Below are positions 41,996 through 51,359 of a stretch of 64,000 nt of DNA, one piece after another. The stretch is from a virus. Its lineage: Duplodnaviria; Caudoviricetes. Under the pieces are notes generated by a model, which did not search any database, was not told the DNA's origin, and worked only from the letters and a program-made list of their open reading frames with translations. A program made the translations under genes and the position numbers. The number at the start of each line of letters is the position of its first letter. The stretch's first letter is position 1. Location: positions 129,103-193,102 of the IMG/VR virus record IMGVR_UViG_3300028591_000087; one strand, 5' to 3'.

Positions 41996-42087
41996 GAGAG
42001 TATAAATCTTATAAATTTAGTATAATCCAATCAATTATTACAATATTAATTAATTCTATATATAATAATAATTGCTGAATTACTCTC
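41996..42087 (-). ncRNA. CAGCAA stem-closed element (AT-rich)
   Basis: GAGAGTA..TCAGCAA...TACTCTC. Confidence 0.45.
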
Positions 42088-42150
42088 CTGTTTCGTTATA
42101 AACTTACCTACTCTTTCGAGGGGCCACGGCTTTTATAACTAATCCAGTCG

Positions 42151-42212
42151 CCGAATACTTTTTAATCTATCAAGTATCTTCTTTTAGAATGAAAATTTGC
42201 TGAACTCCTCGG
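42151..42212 (-). ncRNA. CAGCAA stem-closed element (degenerate)
   Basis: CCGAG GAGTTCAGCAA...TTCGG. Confidence 0.35.
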
Positions 42213-42246
42213 CCCTTTATTTTGTATATATAATACCAAAAAATTT

Positions 42247-42714
42247 TTAGTTTGTCAACATCACAGTGACTTGGTAAAAATAATTTATATTCTCCTTTGT
42301 AAGTATAAAAGAATAAATTTGATCTGTTGCTTCTGGAATACGCTCCCAAGAATCTCCACCATCTGTACTACGATACCAAATAAACATTATATTATCAGTC
42401 GGTGCAAAATCAACCAAAACCGCAACCAATAATGCTTCTTCACCATAATGTAATGGTGTTTGTACCATATCAATATATACGTGACGATTTAAAAGATCTG
42501 GTTCAATATGACCATAATCTTCATCATCAAATTCAACCAACTCCTCAGTAAGACTTATTACATCTTCAAATATCTGCGGAGTAGGTGTTTCTTCTATCAC
42601 TTCAACTATTTCTGTTGGGATTGGAGTTATATCTTCCGCATATGCTGGCTTAATATATGATATACCAAAAGCATACATAATCGCCAACAGAAATGCGGCG
42701 AGGCGTTTAACCAC
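42247..42714 (-). CDS. Secreted protein with Ig-like C-terminus
   Basis: Signal peptide ending AYA; WYRSTDGG..W..I. Confidence 0.6.
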   Translation of the reverse strand: MVKRLAAFLLAIMYAFGISYIKPAYAEDITPIPTEIVEVIEETPTPQIFEDVISLTEELVEFDDEDYGHIEPDLLNRHVYIDMVQTPLHYGEEALLVAVLVDFAPTDNIMFIWYRSTDGGDSWERIPEATDQIYSFILTKENINYFYQVTVMLTN

Positions 42715-42958
42715 CCATTAACTCCTCCTTTTGTTGTTTCATGTCATCGAGTTTACGCTGATCTTTAAGATCAGGTTCAACATTGGTTTTACATTCCGGG
42801 CTTGAACAAATAATCTTATCTTTTGAATATTTGTGTAAATTTTTGAAATAGGGTTTCTTGTGAGAATGTCCTTCTGATGCGTACTCAGTATTAATCCGTT
42901 TGTGAATTTTTTTCCAGGTATTTTTACGTCTTTCCGCACGATCCCGCATACATTTCAC
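42707..42958 (-). CDS. Small basic hypothetical protein
   Basis: GGAG RBS, GTG start. Confidence 0.5.
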   Translation of the reverse strand: MKCMRDRAERRKNTWKKIHKRINTEYASEGHSHKKPYFKNLHKYSKDKIICSSPECKTNVEPDLKDQRKLDDMKQQKEELMGG

Positions 42959-42973
42959 TCCTATTGTTTTAAT

Positions 42974-43062
42974 TGGCGACAGGGGTGGGATTCGAACCCA
43001 CGGGGCTTATGACCACAACTGATTTCAAGTCAGTGCCGTTATGACCACTTCGGCACCCTGCC
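42974..43062 (-). tRNA. tRNA-Ser(UGA)
   Basis: ACTGA CTTGAAA TCAGT, long variable arm, CCA. Confidence 0.92.
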
Positions 43063-43070
43063 ATAAAAGC

Positions 43071-43182
43071 TAGACAGTTTTTTAGGTTGGGATTCGAACC
43101 CAAATACTCAGATTTTCAATCTAATGTCTGATCCAATTCGGCTACCTCCGGCTAAGAGCCAGAAAATTGCTGTAACTGCCTA
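43071..43182 (-). ncRNA. CAGCAA element with tRNA-Phe-like insert
   Basis: TAGGCAGT TACAGCAA...ACTGTCTA; encloses TTAGA TTGAAAA TCTGA and the T arm TTGGG TTCGAAT CCCAA. Confidence 0.65.
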
Positions 43183-43360
43183 TAAAATATCAATAGAAAT
43201 AAAGGATAAAAGAAAGACCAGCTTTCCACCCTTTCGACGGGTGTTGGGGAGCACTTTTGCACGTCTGCATTATCTCCTGGTCTGCCCGGGGTGGATCTTT
43301 TTGGTCAGGTACTCCACCAGCTTCCTCAAGACTACTTTTCCCCGAAATAGACGAAGGTAG

Positions 43361-43432
43361 AGCTGCCGATAGGAATCGAACCTACAACCTGGGCATTACA
43401 AGTGCCCTGCTCTACCGTTGAGCCACGACAGC
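43361..43432 (-). tRNA. tRNA-Thr(UGU)
   Basis: GGGCA CTTGTAA TGCCC. Confidence 0.92.
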
Positions 43433-43438
43433 ATAGAC

Positions 43439-43517
43439 AAGGGACTATTACTGAAAGCAAGTAAATGATTGCATTAATCAAATGGCGCTTATAATAAGAG
43501 ATTGCTGTTTGTCCCTT
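43439..43517 (-). ncRNA. CAGCAA stem-closed element
   Basis: AAGGGAC AAACAGCAA...GTCCCTT, immediately downstream of a promoter. Confidence 0.6.
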
Positions 43518-43557
43518 TCACTATAAATATAATATCAAAAATTTTTATAAAAATCAA

Positions 43558-46302
43558 TTAATCGAAACAATCACCTACGTGATTGATTAATATTTCTCCA
43601 CCCAAAGCAGTCTGATAATCGTCAATACTGATCCAATCACTTGGCTGTTTAGGTTGAGGTTGATCAGCAGGAATTATAACACCAATATTATCCACACGAA
43701 TCCATACCACGCCATCATCGTCAACTTTTACATCAATAATATGTTCGACAATTTCTGGCGGTAAATCCGGAGGGATATCTGGCTTTTTAGGCGGATTTAT
43801 CGGTGGTTCAGGAGACGGTGGTGGAGGAGTACTCGGTTCAGGACTTGTAGTTACTGTCGGAGTAGGAGTTGGCTCAGGAGTAGGAGTCGGAGTCTCTGTT
43901 GGAACTTCACTCGGAGTAGGAGTTGTAGGTGGAATTAACTTATTCTCAAATACAAATTCCATGTCTTCTCCTGCAATATATTGAGTAATAGATTCATCAG
44001 AAACTAACTCATAACCTTCTGGAATATCAATTTCCTTGACAGTATATTTGCCCGCAGGTAAATCTTCAAGTAAAAGTTTACCCTCACCTTTTTGGTCTAC
44101 TGATACTTCAACGTACATAGTTTCTTCTAAACCATGGCCTGAAACTTCGAAGTAGAAAATTGCATTGCCATCCATATACTCATTATTATATACAACTTTT
44201 CTTATTGTGAAATTACAGTAAGAAATAGGTGTAGGGGTTGGAGTAGATGGAGTTGGAGTAGGAGTCTCTGTCGGTGTTGGAGTAGGCGTTGGGGTAGGTG
44301 TTTCAGTAGGAGTAGGTGTAGGTGTTTCAGTAGGAGTCTCAGATGGAGTTGGTGTAGGAGTAGGAGTTGGTGTCACAACAGCAGGAGGAGGAGTTGGAGT
44401 TGGTTTATTAGGCGGATCAATTTCATTGATTACGATAATATTACCTTCATCATCACGTTGAATTTCCTGTAACTTATAATTAGCAGTTGCAATTTCTTCA
44501 ACTTCAACCAATTCTTCTTCAAGTCTTTCAATAGTAACACTTTCATCCACACCAAGAAGATATGGAGTACCATTAATAACAATTGTAAACTTAGGCTCTG
44601 TCTTTCTTAAAACACCAGTGTGATGCCATACTTGATTACCATTCTGGCTGATCCAGAATAGACGTTCGCCTTCCTGCAAATGAATGTCACTAAACGGCAT
44701 TACATTAGAAGGAATAAAGACTTCATTAATCAAACGAGCAGTCATTTCATCATATGGATCTGTTGGATCATAAATTAATTGACCTTCTCCAACAGTCGCC
44801 AAATCCGCGGGTGCGCGATACATTACACTCGGTAAAGTACCACCTGTTGAGCCACTCTTTAATTGATAAAGGCTTACTGCGACGCCATTTTCATCTACAA
44901 ATAATACCCAATTTTCCCAATTGCCACAGTGATTAGAACGGTGACCTTCTTTACTGGTAAGATTCTTATAGTTAGATATATCAGCATACCAATATCCGCC
45001 ACCGGCTTTAAAGGTAGTATTATCCATTGTGTCACAACGAACTTGCCAGATTTCACCCTTTAATTTCTTTGTGACAGTAATTGGAGTTGGTGTAGGGGTA
45101 GGTGTCGGAGTTGGAGTAGGTGTAGGAGTTTCTGTCGGAGTTGCTGTTTCTGTTGGAGTTGGAGTAGGTCCAACAGTAGTTGGAGTTCCACCATTAATAT
45201 GGACCTCTGACCAATTCATATATACATTATTACCAACAACACTTACTCTATTATTTCCGTTTAGATTAATAGTAGAATTTGGCGCAATAATAAATCCGCA
45301 GATATCCATGACATCTACTGAACCAGCATCAGTCCAATAGGTAACATTAGAGCTACCAGAAGATTCATCACTACCTTCACACTGATAACGAGGGAATCCA
45401 TTACCACCGTGAATTACAGCCACACCATTTTCATTTGCGGGAACGTATATACAAGTCTCATCGTTATTTCCGAGTGCATTAAATACACTCTGCCAATAAC
45501 TTTTAGCAGAAGAAACTGCATCATCTGATAAGCCATAGTATGCGGTAGAGCTTTGCGCACTTGTACGTCCCTTAAATTGAATACTTGATTCGTTATTATA
45601 CACATAACTATCGTGCGCGCCAGATCCTCCAACAGATCCATCGTCAACACACATCCAGTTTTCGCCAGTTAATGTGCCACCAACCCATATAGATCCGCGC
45701 ACATGACTTTGTACTCTTGCATTATTTAATGCAATAATATTAAATTGGTTCATACTGTCAAGAGTAGGAGAATAATTACTGATCTCAATTGTTGGTTCAG
45801 TATTCTCTACTATTGGTGCTGGAGCTGCGAGCATTGCGCGCATTACTTGAGGTTCTTCGACCGGCTGAGCAACCTCCGGAGCAGAGGCAGGTTCTTCAAT
45901 TTGTGCAGGTGGATCAATTTGTTCTTGAACAATTGGTTGATCGACTACCACCTGCTGAACCTGGACAGACTGTTCTTCAATTACCTGTTGCTCTTTTTCT
46001 TGAACAGGTTCTTGAACAACTACCTGTTGCTCTTCTTTTGGCTCTTCGATTATATTGGTTTGTTCTTCGGTATTTTCTCCTAATACCTGTTGTGGAGCAT
46101 CTGCAATAATTTGATCTTCTTCGTTTGTAGTAGTCTCTTGTTGAGCAATAATGATTTCTGGCTCTTCATCTTGAATATTAACCATTTCTACTATTGAATA
46201 TGCAGAGGATTGAACTTCTTCTACTATTGTTTCAACAAAACCAATACCTGCTGTGCCAATTACAAGAATGAAAGCCATTAGAAATGCTAAAATTCGTTTC
46301 AT
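43558..46302 (-). CDS. Large secreted/surface protein (signal peptide, choice-of-anchor-A-like domain, PT linkers, SpaA-like Ig domain)
   Basis: HVRGSIWVGG, GFIIAPNS, (PT)n tracts, LPAGKYTVKEI..PEGYEL, C-terminus DDYQTALGGEILINHVGDCFD. Confidence 0.7.
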   Translation of the reverse strand: MKRILAFLMAFILVIGTAGIGFVETIVEEVQSSAYSIVEMVNIQDEEPEIIIAQQETTTNEEDQIIADAPQQVLGENTEEQTNIIEEPKEEQQVVVQEPVQEKEQQVIEEQSVQVQQVVVDQPIVQEQIDPPAQIEEPASAPEVAQPVEEPQVMRAMLAAPAPIVENTEPTIEISNYSPTLDSMNQFNIIALNNARVQSHVRGSIWVGGTLTGENWMCVDDGSVGGSGAHDSYVYNNESSIQFKGRTSAQSSTAYYGLSDDAVSSAKSYWQSVFNALGNNDETCIYVPANENGVAVIHGGNGFPRYQCEGSDESSGSSNVTYWTDAGSVDVMDICGFIIAPNSTINLNGNNRVSVVGNNVYMNWSEVHINGGTPTTVGPTPTPTETATPTETPTPTPTPTPTPTPTPITVTKKLKGEIWQVRCDTMDNTTFKAGGGYWYADISNYKNLTSKEGHRSNHCGNWENWVLFVDENGVAVSLYQLKSGSTGGTLPSVMYRAPADLATVGEGQLIYDPTDPYDEMTARLINEVFIPSNVMPFSDIHLQEGERLFWISQNGNQVWHHTGVLRKTEPKFTIVINGTPYLLGVDESVTIERLEEELVEVEEIATANYKLQEIQRDDEGNIIVINEIDPPNKPTPTPPPAVVTPTPTPTPTPSETPTETPTPTPTETPTPTPTPTPTETPTPTPSTPTPTPISYCNFTIRKVVYNNEYMDGNAIFYFEVSGHGLEETMYVEVSVDQKGEGKLLLEDLPAGKYTVKEIDIPEGYELVSDESITQYIAGEDMEFVFENKLIPPTTPTPSEVPTETPTPTPEPTPTPTVTTSPEPSTPPPPSPEPPINPPKKPDIPPDLPPEIVEHIIDVKVDDDGVVWIRVDNIGVIIPADQPQPKQPSDWISIDDYQTALGGEILINHVGDCFD
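44225..44405 (-). repeat. Pro-Thr coding repeat
   Basis: Hexamer-period PT linker; similar tracts near 43850-43930 and 45080-45190. Confidence 0.8.
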
Positions 46303-46351
46303 TTTGTTTCGCTCCTTTCATAAAAAATAAAGCTGTACCATATGATACAGC

Positions 46352-46798
46352 TTATCTGTAAAGTTGAAACTTTTTTGAGATCTTCCACGCAGTTTCATCA
46401 TCAAGAGGTCTAAATCCTATACAAGTTAGAGTATAGCCATGACCATTCTCATCGACTTCTTCTGGTTCAAGATCTGTAAGACAAGCGTCTTTTATAAGAA
46501 AGAAATCTTCACCTTCGCGCAAACCAAGTTCCTCAGCTATGGTTTTTGCTTTCATAAGCTGATTGTAATTTTTTGCTTCACAAACAGTTTTAGTAAAGAT
46601 TCCATTAAACCATTGTTCATATACATCTTTGCGCAAAATCAGATTAACTTCAACATAATCTGGAAGTGAACCACCTATAACATTTCCGCAGTCACGAATT
46701 TCATTTGATAAAAATGCTAAAGATGCGTGAGCTACTTGCGCGGATAGCTTTCCCGCACTCATGTTAAGATCTTTACGAGCGATAATTATCTGTCTCAT
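46352..46798 (-). CDS. pth2: Peptidyl-tRNA hydrolase, Pth2 family
   Basis: IARKDLNMSAGKLSAQVAHAS, IKDACLTD, TCIGFRP. Confidence 0.85.
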   Translation of the reverse strand: MRQIIIARKDLNMSAGKLSAQVAHASLAFLSNEIRDCGNVIGGSLPDYVEVNLILRKDVYEQWFNGIFTKTVCEAKNYNQLMKAKTIAEELGLREGEDFFLIKDACLTDLEPEEVDENGHGYTLTCIGFRPLDDETAWKISKKFQLYR

Positions 46799-46974
46799 TG
46801 ATCTCTTACCTCTTCAAGTCTTTTGAGTGTAATATCTGGACCATACCATTTAGTTTCAGAAAGCATAAGTCGATATATTTCTTCGCATAACTTTCTTGAC
46901 ATTTTAACAGTATCATTATTGGGGTCAGTGAGTAATACATCTAATAGAGTTACAGTAATTTCTTTAAGATCCAT
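46795..46974 (-). CDS. Hypothetical protein
   Basis: AAGGAG RBS; ATGA overlap with pth2. Confidence 0.5.
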   Translation of the reverse strand: MDLKEITVTLLDVLLTDPNNDTVKMSRKLCEEIYRLMLSETKWYGPDITLKRLEEVRDQ

Positions 46975-46990
46975 AATTTCTCCTTTAAAG

Positions 46991-47061
46991 CAGCCCTTGT
47001 TGGAATCGGACCAACACATACGGAGTCAAAGTCCGTTGCGCTACCATTACGCTAAAGGGCT
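46991..47061 (-). tRNA. tRNA-Gln(UUG)
   Basis: ACGGA CTTTGAC TCCGT; acceptor AGCCCTT/AAGGGCT. Confidence 0.9.
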
Positions 47062-47149
47062 AAAATACGCCCTATCGTTGTTAGGGCAATAGCGCCAGAT
47101 TTTTCACTTCAGTATGTTTAGCATACACGTATCTGGAATCTACGTAAAG

Positions 47150-47221
47150 CGGCCCCAGTAGGATTCGAACCTACGGCCAACTGCTTAACAGGCAGCTGCT
47201 CAGCCTCCGAGCTCTAAGGCC
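47150..47221 (-). tRNA. tRNA-Asn(GUU), atypical D arm
   Basis: GCTGC CTGTTAA GCAGT; GA at positions 8-9. Confidence 0.75.
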
Positions 47222-47231
47222 ATATAAAAAC

Positions 47232-47345
47232 TCGACACATTATTCTTATGTTCAACCCATTGAACTACATATGCGATTTGCGGTGCATGTGGCGGGACTC
47301 GAACCCGTAAATTTAAGATTACTCTTATTTTGCTGTGTGTGTCGA
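47232..47345 (-). ncRNA. CAGCAA element with circularly permuted tRNA module (YrlA-like topology)
   Basis: TCGACACA CACAGCAA...TGTGTCGA; T arm, loop-closed acceptor CACATGC/GCATATG, D arm. Confidence 0.7.
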
Positions 47346-47368
47346 TAAAGTGCATCACCTTGCCAGGT

Positions 47369-47445
47369 TGGTCCGAGTGGCGAGATTCGAACTCACGACC
47401 TCCTGATCCCAAATCAGGCGTTCTACCAAGCTGAACTACACCCGG
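47369..47445 (-). tRNA. tRNA-Pro(UGG)
   Basis: CCTGA TTTGGGA TCAGG, CCA. Confidence 0.93.
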
Positions 47446-47505
47446 ATATAAGGGAATTTCTTCCCTCATTTTCTATATATATTATATAATAATTTTTCTA
47501 AAAAA

Positions 47506-47817
47506 TCAATTTTTTGGTATATAATTATAATTCAAATAATCACGCATCATGGCTGCTCCATAAGGACTTAATGGTTTAATCCGTTCCGCATGTTTAATAG
47601 AATCATTTACGTCATATTCAATACAAATAGCATGATCATTATATCTATCGTATATAAGACGTTGCTCTTGTATTGTCATATGTTTGGCTGGAGTTCTTAA
47701 CAAAACACTTATAATACCAATATCTGGATTCGCACGTAATTGATCAGGAGTCATGAAACCAAATTCGGAAGTTTCAGCTCCACGAGGAAAATCATGTTCA
47801 AACTGCTCCCAACTCAT
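47506..47817 (-). CDS. Hypothetical protein, last gene of the YcaO/rSAM operon
   Basis: Overlaps the rSAM stop; GGAG RBS. Confidence 0.55.
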   Translation of the reverse strand: MSWEQFEHDFPRGAETSEFGFMTPDQLRANPDIGIISVLLRTPAKHMTIQEQRLIYDRYNDHAICIEYDVNDSIKHAERIKPLSPYGAAMMRDYLNYNYIPKN

Positions 47818-49213
47818 CTAAGTTATCTCCCAATCTATCATTTATTAACAAAATTGTTCCAACTAAATCACTAAAGATCTTATTTGGTCCATATGCTTTT
47901 AAACAATCTATTATACCATGTTCTCTATAATACTTAAATATTGTAGAATATTTTGCTTTAAAGAACTTGCAAACGTTTTCTAATGGCATAAATGGATCTT
48001 TACCATATTCAGTTTGTGCGCCAAGACATCCATGTAAACAACATTCATTTATTGGACAAGCATCACATATTGGAGTTGTGGTCAAATTATTGCCCATCCA
48101 AATCTTTGTTGCTAAAATAGGATTAACTGCTTTAACTCCAGAAATTTCATCGTCTTCAACAGTGAAATAACCATATAAATATTGGTTATAAGCTGTTCTA
48201 TGACAAGGACAAATTGCTAAATCGCCTAACCGCACTGTTAAATGATCGGTTATTGTGCAACCAAGGAATGACTTACCAGTACCAATAAACCATGGGAAAT
48301 ATCCATTAGATTCATTAAATTCTCTCTTTAAGTGCGCGTTAGATATATAGTCAGCAAACTCTTGTGGATCATTGTTACATTTTTCTACCATCCAATTATT
48401 CATTAGCATTTTCAAAAATTCACAATAATCTTTAATAGATTCATCTGTCCAGTTTCCATCTCTCACTTCAAGCATCATAATAGAATCTGATGAATAATTA
48501 TATTTCTTTAAAAATTCCATCCACCATTGATAGTTTTCTTTCCAATACTTAACATTTTGTGAGGATACCATTGGATGGAATAAAAAGTCATTTACTCTTG
48601 CAAATGCGCCAACTCTATCATAAAATTCATCAGTATATTTGTTTTCTTTGTCGTTACGAGGGCGACCTGCTTCATCAACAATTTTACCATCAACTGATAC
48701 TGAAATACCAAGATAACAATCAAATAATTTATATTTATCTATGTACTGTTGCATTTTCTGTAATGCAATTTCTGAATTTACAAAACTACAATTTGATGGC
48801 AATGTGATACAATCAATCAAGACACCTTTTTCTAAGTATTTTAAGATCATATCCAATATATCCCATCCAAATTGAGACTGCCAAATATCTCCACTAAAAA
48901 TAGATACTTCTGGTATATGATAATTATTTATCATTAAATATTTTAATAATAATTCTAAGTTATGTAATATTAACTCAGGTTTGTTTACTTCTTTTGGATA
49001 TAATTCAGGATGTTTTTGTAAATAACAATATTCACACTTCTGATTACAAGTAGATGTTATATATAATTCTAAATTTGAGTCTAATCTTAATGACCTATCA
49101 TCAAGAAAATGAGTTGTAATATATTTCCAAGGATTGAAAAATCTATAATCTAACATCGTTTGCAATAGTTTGTCTTGTTCTAACTGATATTGATCTTTAT
49201 TTATATTTCCCAT
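47798..49213 (-). CDS. Radical SAM enzyme with SPASM domain
   Basis: CNQKCEYC, SVDG, GC..HLTVRLGDLAICPCHR, CDACPINECCLHGC..C. Confidence 0.9.
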   Translation of the reverse strand: MGNINKDQYQLEQDKLLQTMLDYRFFNPWKYITTHFLDDRSLRLDSNLELYITSTCNQKCEYCYLQKHPELYPKEVNKPELILHNLELLLKYLMINNYHIPEVSIFSGDIWQSQFGWDILDMILKYLEKGVLIDCITLPSNCSFVNSEIALQKMQQYIDKYKLFDCYLGISVSVDGKIVDEAGRPRNDKENKYTDEFYDRVGAFARVNDFLFHPMVSSQNVKYWKENYQWWMEFLKKYNYSSDSIMMLEVRDGNWTDESIKDYCEFLKMLMNNWMVEKCNNDPQEFADYISNAHLKREFNESNGYFPWFIGTGKSFLGCTITDHLTVRLGDLAICPCHRTAYNQYLYGYFTVEDDEISGVKAVNPILATKIWMGNNLTTTPICDACPINECCLHGCLGAQTEYGKDPFMPLENVCKFFKAKYSTIFKYYREHGIIDCLKAYGPNKIFSDLVGTILLINDRLGDNLDELGAV

Positions 49214-50562
49214 TATTTGGCATCCTCCGTAACTAAATACTTTAATGCACCATTCAGCAATAGAACATATAGATCGTTTGGTTCCATATAAAATGTTCCC
49301 AACATAGCATAATTAACTTTTATGCAAAAACATCCATTCGTTAAAACTTGTTTGGCTGCAAATAATGCTCGTTCTTCATCTAAATATTCAGGTTCAATTA
49401 ATCCTGCCATTGCAAGAGACATAATCTGAATCGTCGCTGTTGTCATTTGAACCGGTCTATCCGCATTTAAATATTCCATATGACGTTCATGCAAAGCATA
49501 CTCATCATCTGTCAAACACATTGGAGTAGGAGTTAATTCAAAGAACTTATTTAGATTAACCAATAGGTTCTCGTCTGAACGCTTGGCTGCATAGTCTTTA
49601 TATTTATCAACCAATAGAGTAAAACCTTCGTGACAAGCAGAAATCATATTATAAGGCAAAAAGCCCACCATTTGTCGACCAGTTCCGCAACGCGCGGTAT
49701 CACCGGTAAATGTGCGGCAAGTTGCACAAGATTTTCCGCTAAATGGAGTAATCAATTCATAATAATCAAAATATTTATAAACACGATTTTCACGTTCAAT
49801 TTCACGACACATTCTCATCAATTCTGCAAAATGTTTACCATCTGCTTGAGTAATTGGAGAAGGCATAGCCATATTCGGCACTGTACAAATAATTTTAATT
49901 TTATCATTATTAAGTGCGAATACTTTGCTCATGTATGCCGTTTCATAAAACTTATAATATTCAATTACTTTTTCTTTTGAATCTAACTTGTGAATTGTAT
50001 CAACATCCCAAGTTTGTTTAGGAGTCATAATTAATTCAACATTTTTTGGGAACTTACCTTCTTTTATAACATCTATTAACTTATCAAAATTTTCAATGCA
50101 CTTTTTAGTAACACCTTTACCACGATTAGCATCATTAATATATTCTGGTCCATCAATAGACAATTGTAAATAATAAGTAAATTCTCTTTCTGGATGTTGC
50201 GCAAATACATCCATTAATTCCATAAATTTATCTATCCAGCCATCAAATGCAAAGTTTGTAGAAGAGTGCATTTGCTTAAAATAAGGATAATGACCAATTA
50301 ATTTATGAATTAATGGTATTGCACGTTCCATATGAAGGAAAGGCTCTCCTCCCCATGTTTCAACTGATTTAAGCTGGTCTAAACGAGGAAAATATTCTTT
50401 GATTCTGTTGAAGTAATAATCTCCTTCAAAACTTTTTGCCAATTCATCATCAATATCTTTTAACGCAGGATTTTTATCAATAGTGCAGTAACGACAATTT
50501 AGATTACATATTCCGCACGTATACAGAATAACTATCTCGCGTTCTTTATTGAAATTAATCAT
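49213..50562 (-). CDS. Radical SAM enzyme (twitch/partial SPASM)
   Basis: CNLNCRYC, WGGEP, SIDGP...NRG, CATC, CGTG...SACH. Confidence 0.9.
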   Translation of the reverse strand: MINFNKEREIVILYTCGICNLNCRYCTIDKNPALKDIDDELAKSFEGDYYFNRIKEYFPRLDQLKSVETWGGEPFLHMERAIPLIHKLIGHYPYFKQMHSSTNFAFDGWIDKFMELMDVFAQHPEREFTYYLQLSIDGPEYINDANRGKGVTKKCIENFDKLIDVIKEGKFPKNVELIMTPKQTWDVDTIHKLDSKEKVIEYYKFYETAYMSKVFALNNDKIKIICTVPNMAMPSPITQADGKHFAELMRMCREIERENRVYKYFDYYELITPFSGKSCATCRTFTGDTARCGTGRQMVGFLPYNMISACHEGFTLLVDKYKDYAAKRSDENLLVNLNKFFELTPTPMCLTDDEYALHERHMEYLNADRPVQMTTATIQIMSLAMAGLIEPEYLDEERALFAAKQVLTNGCFCIKVNYAMLGTFYMEPNDLYVLLLNGALKYLVTEDAK

Positions 50563-50571
50563 AGAGTCTCC

Positions 50572-51345
50572 TTAAGTATTGTTTTTGTAAGCATTAGTAA
50601 TATCAATATATGTGGTATTTTTACAAGTGCCATAAGATGTGCAAGAACCATTTGCGCTGCAATCACCATTAGCACTACATGCGCCATTAGATGTACAACT
50701 ACCATTACCGTGATTAGTATTACCATGGTTTACATTCCAGTGATTACCATTACTATTGGTGCCATCACCACAAGTGCCATTCCATTTAGGAGTATTACCA
50801 TTCCAGCCATTAGATCCGCAACCATTAAAACTACGATCTCCCCAATGGGTACAAGATCCATTACCATTAGAACCATTACTATGGCTTCCATTGCCTTGTG
50901 CAGAATTATAATTTTGTCCATTACTCTTTTGAGAATGACTGTTATTACCATTACTATTGTTACTATAACTATTTTTACCATCAGCTTTTGAGCTATGCGC
51001 ATTAGTGCTATGGCTATTAAACGCATCATTTCTACATTTAACTTTAGAGAAATTGCCGATGGTTGTCTTGATATTCGTTAAATCTGAAGCTTCGATTAAG
51101 TCGCCAATCGCGGCGTTATTTGCGGCGATCCACCAAGCACTCTATGTTCCTAAGTATTTATCAGATTTAAACTCATTAACTTTTGTATTTAAGTTATTAA
51201 GTGCTGTGGCATATATCGTTGTGTTCTATGATGGAACTGATAAAGATGTTATAGAACCACCATAATTTGCAATGAAAGTATTAAATGAGCTATAAATACT
51301 TGCTATATCTTCTTGTAATATTTCATTGCCAGCAGTAATTGCCAT
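50572..51345 (-). CDS. 257-aa putative modification substrate with Asn/Gly/Ser/His-rich NGxC repeat C-terminus (2 TAG read as Gln)
   Basis: GAGGTGG RBS; frame open only under code 15; NGSCTS-NGACSA-NGDCSA-NGSCTS-YGTCKN; fills the YcaO-rSAM gap. Confidence 0.8.
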
Positions 51346-51359
51346 ATTTCCACCTCACT

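Noticed and set aside
43800-45190. CRISPR-like or mobile repeat
   Set aside because: Hexamer periodicity encoding Pro-Thr linkers; no repeat-spacer structure or cas genes in the window.
47065-47148. Hammerhead ribozyme (CTGAAGTGAAA)
   Set aside because: The core is CUGAAGU rather than CUGANGA, and stem II is missing.
50730-51029. Track ORF of 99 aa (Met/Val-rich) as a membrane protein
   Set aside because: It is an off-frame reading of the Asn-Gly repeat gene 50572-51345.
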